From Eledone cirrhosa (taxonomy: Eukaryota): DNA of 64,000 nt. The translations under genes were made by a program, and so were the position numbers. Position 1 is the stretch's first letter, and each line of letters starts with the position of its first letter. Below are positions 56,900-64,000 of this stretch, in pieces. The stretch spans positions 46,872,001 through 46,936,000 of the forward strand of contig OZ024749.1 in NCBI GenBank assembly GCA_964016885.1. The letters run 5' to 3'. A model generated the notes under the pieces. It saw only the letters and a program-made list of their open reading frames with translations, was not told the origin of the DNA and did no database searches.

Positions 56900-58605
56900 A
56901 CAAAAACAGAAGCCTATCCAGCTGCATAATAGGCAGCATGGATGTGGTGTCACTGTACCCATCCATTAACATTGATTTGGTTGTGAAAAGATGTGTGGAG
57001 ATGATCATTGAGAGTGAGGTGGAGTTCTGCGACGTCGACACAGACGAACTGGGCCTCCTACTTAGACTTACCTACGACACTGACTACCTAGACAGCCATG
57101 ACCTTAGATGTTTCTGCCCCAGTAGACCTATAAGAGGTAGACCCCCCACCATAACCTCAATGGCAAAAATGACTCCCATGGGAAGGTGGATTGGGTGGAC
57201 CAAAGTTATACGGACCCCCCAAAACAATGATCAGGTAAGAAAAATGGTCGCACATGCAATAGGGGCTAGTATTAAAACTACCCTAAAGGGCCACATATTT
57301 AAGTTCAATGAGAGAATCTACACCCAAAATGAGGGAGCAGCCATCGGCGTCAGCATAGCTGGTGATGTTGCCAACCTTTTCATTGTATGGTGGGAAAGGA
57401 GACTTAAAAATCTCCTTAATGAGCTCCATAGACCACATCATGTACTCTCGTTATGTAGACGATATCAATATAGTTATAAGAACACCCCCACTAGAGAGCA
57501 CTAACAAGTTTGATTTAGAACGTAGCACAATGGAAAGCATCCAGCAGATAGCCAATTCCATACACCAGAGTATAACTGTAACTACCGACTTCCCTTCCAA
57601 ACACCCTAACAATAGACTACCTGTATTAGACGCAAAACTCTAGATAACACTATAGACGAGATAGACCAAATTCTCCACTCACACTATGCTAAACCCATGT
57701 CCTCCAAATACCTGATACTCAAAAACTCAGCAATGTCCAGTAGTGCTAAGTTTAATATTCTGATCGCAGATTTGGTACGAGTGATGAAGAATGTGTCCAG
57801 CATGTGCGACCCAACAGAAATGGAAAGACACATCCAACACTTCATCAACCGCATGCAGTTATCTGGCTACAACCAAAGAGACAGAGTCAGAGTATACGAA
57901 GGAGCCATGGAAAAGTATAAGACCCTCATAGAACTGGACATGAAAGGAATTTGCCCATTATACAGGAGCAAATCATGGGATAGCTTAGATAGGGCTAGAC
58001 ATAAGATAGGGAAGGCCACATCATGGTACGACAACCAGAGATATCAGAGTGTCATGTTTGTGGACGCCACCCCTGGAGGGAAATTATCTTCCCAGAGTAG
58101 AAAGGCCCTGAAAAAGACCCACTTAAAAATAAAGGTGGTAGAAAAGCCAGGAACCACCATAAAATCCCTGATCAGCAAAACCTACCCATTTAAGAAAACC
58201 CACTGTACCAATAGGAAATGTATCATATGTAAGGTGAACCCCCGGATAAACTGTAAAACTAGAAACGTAGTCTATAGCATAAGATGTACAGAGGGTACTG
58301 GCAGAAACATGACAACAACATACATAGGCGAAATAGCTCGTAGCATAGGTGAAAGGATAGACCAACACTGGGGGGAACTAAAAGGACGAAAAAACGGGTC
58401 AGTACTATACGAACATGCTAGACAACATGACGGTAACATAGACAACATAGAAATTAGAATAATATCTAAACATAGGAATGACCCAGCAGATAGGCAAATC
58501 AGAGAGGCCAGTCAAATAGAAATTAGAAGACCAAGGCTAAATAGAAAGAATGAGTGGAACAACAACAACACCCAAACAAACAACACTGACCTAAGAGAAG
58601 TATAA
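56900..58605 (+). pseudogene. PLE RT / GIY-YIG ORF with one frameshift (near 57430) and one in-frame stop (near 57641)
   Basis: IIGSMDVVSLYPSI, GAAIGVSIAGDVANLF, YSRYVDD, LPVLD, HYAKPMSS, RMQLSGY, CTNRKCIIC, NVVYSIRC...TYIGEIARSIGERIDQH, IREA...LNRKNE. Confidence 0.92.
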
Positions 58606-58852
58606 ATAAGTAAATAAAATAAAATAAAATAAGATAAATAAATACATACACAAGCACATAAACACACACCAGTCACCCAGCAGACACAACACTATACTCA
58701 CTAGTCACACAGCAAACATAACACTATACACACACGCAAAAGCATGCGCAAAGAAGACAAAATAAAATAAACAAACAAGCAAATAAATAAATAAATATAT
58801 AGACAGACTGAATAAAAAATGGCGTAGACATACAACACAACAGGAGGAAAAA

Positions 58853-58909
58853 ATATAACACCACTGACGATGTTGCAGATGTGCAACGAAAGATTTATGT
58901 AAATTATGT
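58853..58909 (+). ncRNA. Minimal type I hammerhead ribozyme motif in the PLE 3' UTR, sense to the ORF
   Basis: atataa-cac-ca-CTGACGA-t-gttgca-gatg-tgcaac-GAAA-gatt-TA^tg-taaa-ttatgt: intact core, perfect 6-bp stem II, near-palindromic stem III (AGATTT), bulged stem I. Confidence 0.72.
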
Positions 58910-59104
58910 AAACTATATATATGTGTTTGTGTCTATATTGTATCTGTATTATTTTTGACCGTCGGTCAGTCAATGGCAACATTGAGGACCGATTAAGTTA
59001 GATCGCAGATATAAAAGACAGCGAGAAGCGAAAACCAACCAAACAGTGAGTGTGTTCTGTTATTAATTCTGGCAATATTACACAAATATGACCCTCCCCA
59101 AGTA

Positions 59105-59141
<37 letters not shown>

Positions 59142-59171
59142 GTAATATACATATATATAGGAACGAGTAGG

Positions 59172-59267
59172 ACCCCGACGGCTGAGCTGAAGCCGTTTCG
59201 ACGGTTAATTCTGGACTAAATGAAAATTGTTATCCTGGTATATGAATAGCCGAGCTTCTCAGGGGGT
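59172..59267 (-). ncRNA. Type I hammerhead motif with a full stem III and one core lesion
   Basis: Minus strand: acccc-CTGAGAA-gctcgg...ccgtc-GAAA-cggct-tcagctc-agccg-TC^ggggt; stem I pairs 5/5 and stem III 5/5, with a GUC cleavage triplet. Confidence 0.75.
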
Positions 59268-59790
59268 AATTCCATATATGGTAAAAGTGATGTCACAAGG
59301 ATTGGTCAAAAGTTTGTTGTTGAGACACATAATTCTATCATGGAAATTTGTGGAAGGAAAGGGTAGCTGAATCTGCCAGTAGAAGAAAGAGGGAGAGGGA
59401 GTAGAGGAAACCCAGTCGTGCGTTGATAGTGCCAACTACAGCAGGGCAGGAGGTCAAGCAATTATACTAGGGAGGAGGAGGGGGAGGAAGTCGAAACAAT
59501 AAGTAAATCAATATGGAGTAAATATATAGAAGAATACCAAGAATGTTAAAAATATAAAAAAAACAATTTCTGGTTACTATTCCCTAACCACAGTTATCAA
59601 GTCTCTCACTGGTACTGCTAAACTATATAAAAGTTTACCAGGTGGGACGGAATTGTAGTGAGACCATTTTAAGAATTAGTAGTAATCAACCGGTATATTT
59701 ACAGTGACAGGTCAACAAGTGGATGGTCAAAATACTAAAGAAACTACCACGAAATAATAATTCAGAGTCCCGAAACTAATACGAAATAAT

Positions 59791-59837
59791 TGTTTCTACC
59801 CTAGGCAGAAGGCCAGCAACCACCCAGTGCAAAAAAT
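59791..59837 (-). mobile_element. 47-bp SINE 3'-end fragment flanked by an 18-bp direct repeat
   Basis: tgtttctaccctaggcagaaggccagcaa resembles 38625-38653; aaactaatacgaaataat occurs at 59773-59790 and 59838-59855. Confidence 0.55.
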
Positions 59838-60443
59838 AAACTAATACGAAATAATAATTCAGAATCCCGAAAATGAATACTAATATTATCTCTAAGGGTG
59901 CCGCTACGATACAAACATTCTAGTGCAAACTACATAAATGCTCGTACGAAATATATGAAAAATTTGATACGGAAAATTAATTCAGAATAACACCCCCCAC
60001 CCCTTAAAAAAATACTGATATACGAGAAATTAAAGCAGAGATACCACTAAGAAATATAGAAAGCACGGAAATGGGGCAGCCATCGGATAAGAAAACAAGT
60101 ATCTGGGGTCTATCACATCTGCTATAAAAAGCGGAGTCGACCAATTCTATCATAGAATAGAGGATGGGACTGGTGGTGCTGAGGCTACAAAGGACCGAGG
60201 GGCTGCCTCGGGTGGGCGAGAAGTGAAAAGGACGACGACAAAGAAGGAGGGCTGGGGTGGAAGGACTAGGAAGGAATGGGGGAAGAAGGAAATATAGAGG
60301 AAACGATAAAAAGATATAGAAGTAGATCTTACGTCTACCTTTGCAAGCACAGGGGTTACCCATTACAAAGTCGGCAAGTGGGGTGTTACAGCCATTGTCT
60401 CCCCCCGCCCGGGTCATTATGGGGTTTGAGGGCGAGGTAAGTC

Positions 60444-61160
60444 CTACGCAATCTGTGTTTGCATGTCGTCTTTCTTGTTTAGGAGTTGGTCCGTCGAAAA
60501 CAGCGTTTGTAAACTTTCCTCAGAGCATAAATTGCACGGACGGCGTCCTCCAGTGTAAGAGTTGGCTCTGGACAGTAAGCTCCAAGTGAGATCATAGGTA
60601 ATATTGTTATCTTTGAGGTCCCAGATGTGGCACGAAAGTATGGTGGCGTGACGCCTGGCCGGGTTTCGGAAAGTATGTCTGTGTTGGTATAGCCGGGTCT
60701 TGAAGTCACATGCGGTTAATCCTATATAAGCTTTGTTGGAGGTGTCCGTCCTCACGTTGTACTGGCAGATCACATTACGATCTCTGCATCGGTTGTCGAG
60801 GGGGCAAATGGATCCATCAGGACAGTTGCACCTTCTGGTCGGCTCTCCACTGATTTTTAGGTTATTTCTTCCATAGGGGTTGAGTTTTTTGTTGTTAGAG
60901 GAGACGATGTTTTGTGAAAAGTTTGGTGTGGTGCTGTAGGAGAGTTTGATGTTATTTTTGTTGATTATGTTGTGGTAGCAGTGTTGTAGTGGGAAGTGTT
61001 TTTCGATGAGCCTAAAGAAGATATTCCCGATAGGAGTTGTCACTAAGGCGTTGTAGGGAGGATTTAACCATGCTACATTGCGTGAGCGGTGGTGTTGCCT
61101 GCTGGTTCCGCTAATGGAAGCTGGACAGTAGGATATGTTCTCCCGGAAACCACTTCGCTT
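60444..61160 (-). pseudogene. PLE GIY-YIG endonuclease domain (C-terminal fragment)
   Basis: Open for about 240 codons, but the RT is missing and the predicted start lies in the (TA)n junction. Confidence 0.85.
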
Positions 61161-61176
61161 GAATATATATATATGC

Positions 61177-61240
<64 letters not shown>

Positions 61241-61568
61241 GATATTATCAAATGGAAACTATATTTATAAAACCATATTTATTTCATTATACATATTTTA
61301 AGGATGCCAAGTTAAATTATGGTATGCCTTCATCATAACAAAATACAATATATATCAGTTTTATAAATAAGCATTGACGTACCCTTTCAAAATGCGACCA
61401 TTACTTTTGGAGGACGTCAGGAAAGTGGTTTGTTTATATTATTTTAGTAAGTCGTAGTGTTAAGGACATGTACAAAAGACGGAGAGAGAGAGAAAATCGT
61501 GGTGAAAAGAAAGGGAGAGATAAATAAATAAAGAAAAATTGGAAAGATAAGAAGAAAAAAATGTATGT

Positions 61569-61647
<79 letters not shown>

Positions 61648-64000
61648 TATAACAGACAATTATATCTGAGGTTGTTTGATTGTGTATGTATGTATTTTAT
61701 GGGCCGCTCGAATTCAAGCAATATTAAAATCAACGTGACGCTGTAAATGTAGTGTCTTAGTACACTTATTTCAGGAATGGGAATGAGCAATGGATATAAC
61801 TGATGGCTGGATACATATCTTGTTTATTTAAAATTGCAAATTCCGGCTTCTAGTAATTAGGTCAAAATGTTTGTTCTGAGATGCATCCTGCTGAAAAGAG
61901 CTCTTCTTCATACTTTTTAGTATGTTTCCAAATTATAATTTAACTGCTGTATTAATTTAATTCTCCGTTTGTTCATGCTGACGCAAAGCATTGACTGTCC
62001 CATGCTATATTGTATTAGAATAACTGTTGCCTTTAGCGGAATATATTCTACGTGTTGATTTCAATTCCCCTTTATTTTCAATTATTAACACTTACGATTT
62101 TATAGCTAAAATATATGCCTTTGCCATAAAACATATCTTATCGCATACCAAACGCTTGGTCGTATGGCTGAAGTAAAAAATCAATAAAAGTCATGTTTAA
62201 TCTTTGCTGAAAGTGTTTCGTGAGTTATAATTTTTTTATTCAATCAAATGATTTCAAATAAGTTTCTGTTTTTATATGTTAATACTAATAATATTCATGT
62301 ATGCATATTATGTATTAATATATTCTGGTTATAATTGTATTTCTATAAAGCAAGTAGATTATGCTAGAGGCAATACTTTGACCCTTTAGGCAATGAATAT
62401 TGCTAATACCAATGTGTTCATTGCCTTCTATGATAATGTACGTCTCTGGTGGCATTCGCTGCGCCCTGAAGCAATCAAGATTTAATCTACTAACCTCGGT
62501 CAAACTAAGTGAAGCATAGGCACTGCTGTGTATACCTAGTTGAATGAATTGCGCTTCTAATGATATGCAATTGTGTAATCAGTTGATTCAGCAGTTTAAA
62601 AATCGCGAGACTGAAGTACTAAATCGATTTAATATTTGAACAATCGTTGTCTTTTAGATTATATAACATATATAAAACGAACATTCTACAGTGTAAATAT
62701 GTGGGTTCAAAATACTATAAGTGACAATTGGATAAATCTGAATAATTCTACAAGGAATTGTTTGAATAGGGCATGCCAATATGCATCCCATCAATATCAT
62801 ATCCATTCTGTCTACATCTAAGTGCTAAATGGGCGTAAATGGTATCAATAAAAGCTGATGTCTACGTATGGAAATACATAAACATTTCATTACATTCAAA
62901 TATTGGTTTCGATTCTTCCCCTTAGTATAATGTCTTGCTAATATTTAACGGTTCATTTATCCTAAATACAATATGTTCAATATATATAGAACACGTCATA
63001 TATACATTAAGTTGAAACGTACAACGTTTACACTTGTAAAGAGTATACACACATACAGAAGAGTATATATACAGGTTCTGTAACCAAACATTATACATTT
63101 ATTGTGTTATCTCCACATAGGTATATGTAATAGCATGTTTCAGATAAGTTATATAGTTCAATCGTTATATCTGCCATTGTTCCTGTGTTAGGGCGTGTTT
63201 TCTTCATAGAAATATGCATACCAATATATATATATTATATATAAGAAATTACTTTATGCATAATATTATATATTACTGTCTATATACGCACATCTTATAT
63301 AATTCTAAACATTTCTATCTAGGTGGTTACTAACTGGATGTTATTTATCTGATTTTTACACAAATGCTTACAAAACATAAAATTTGGTATAACTGGGTAT
63401 CATATATATACGAACACACCTGGCAATTTCCTTCACTTTTTTAACGTTATCGGCATTCCCGTAATAGAGGCGTAATACATCTCAGTACGACAGTTTATGG
63501 ATTATAATCATAGAAGAATATAAACCCAGTGCGAGCTATTCTCTCAAATGACATATATTGATATGGTTTTCTATTTCTTACATAGTCAGCCGAGAGCAAA
63601 AAGTGCCAGGAATGTCAGCTGATCGTCAAAAACTAGAGTGTTCATGCTTTTAAATATCTTTACAACTAATCGACATAGCGTTCGGATTGGAAATTCAATT
63701 ACGTTTTCGCGGCATTTGAGATATTATTGAGTAGAGAATCGGACATACAATAATCTTCGTAATATATGCAATATATACGATTTCATACTTACAGCTGATT
63801 CACATATCACGTCAAAATTTTGTTATATTATAATACGCAAATTATTTAGAACAATTTGAAATATTGGAATAATTTCCCTTCCAGAATATTCATTGAATTA
63901 AATTGCCACTCATTAAAAGAAACGTCCTTGAGTTAAACCTTGTGAAACTGTTCATGTATTGTCTTGCATTTCTGTATGTAGTTACAAGAGACTGCAGGCA

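Larger units (their letters stand above)
56808..59108 (+). mobile_element. 5'-truncated Penelope-like element of a different clade (probably Nematis-like), ending at (TA)n
   Basis: RT and GIY-YIG coding region at about 56900-58605, hammerhead in the 3' UTR, 3' end joined to (TA)n near 59109. Clade assigned from remembered motif patterns only. Confidence 0.88.
59160..61160 (-). mobile_element. 5'-truncated Naiad-like PLE with an approx. 1.3-kb 3' UTR, between (TA)n tracts
   Basis: ORF 60444-61178: RNVAWLNPPYN, HFP, NIKLSYSTTPN, CNCPDGSICPLDNRC, AYIGLTACDFKTRLYQH, LSCHIWDLKD, CNLCSEE, LLNK. A hammerhead lies at the far 3' end. Confidence 0.88.

Overview
This is AT-rich, microsatellite-dense eukaryotic non-coding DNA with one 200-N scaffold gap. 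It most resembles an octopod cephalopod genome, an inference from the SINE sequences and (TA)n/(TAA)n density. I could not support any host protein-coding exon, tRNA or rRNA gene, and nearly all ORF-track entries are translations of microsatellites. The recognisable content is decayed retroelements. These are a 5'-truncated R4/Dong-type restriction-like-endonuclease LINE in (TAA)n with a tandem 3'-end copy, three Naiad-like and one probably Nematis-like Penelope-like elements (PLEs) next to (TA)n, several tRNA-derived SINEs, and faint RTE/APE/Tc1 relics. The most interesting layer is non-coding. There are at least five sequence-unrelated type I hammerhead-ribozyme motifs, found in PLE termini and in 110-145 bp ORF-less elements embedded in (TA)n; one PLE carries its hammerheads antisense to its ORF. 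There are also six near-perfect palindromes or fold-backs of 80-1380 bp abutting (TA)n. Together these suggest a (TA)n-targeted family of PLE-dependent ribozyme mini-elements and fold-backs, which remains a hypothesis to test. All structures were read by eye and coordinates may be off by a few bases.
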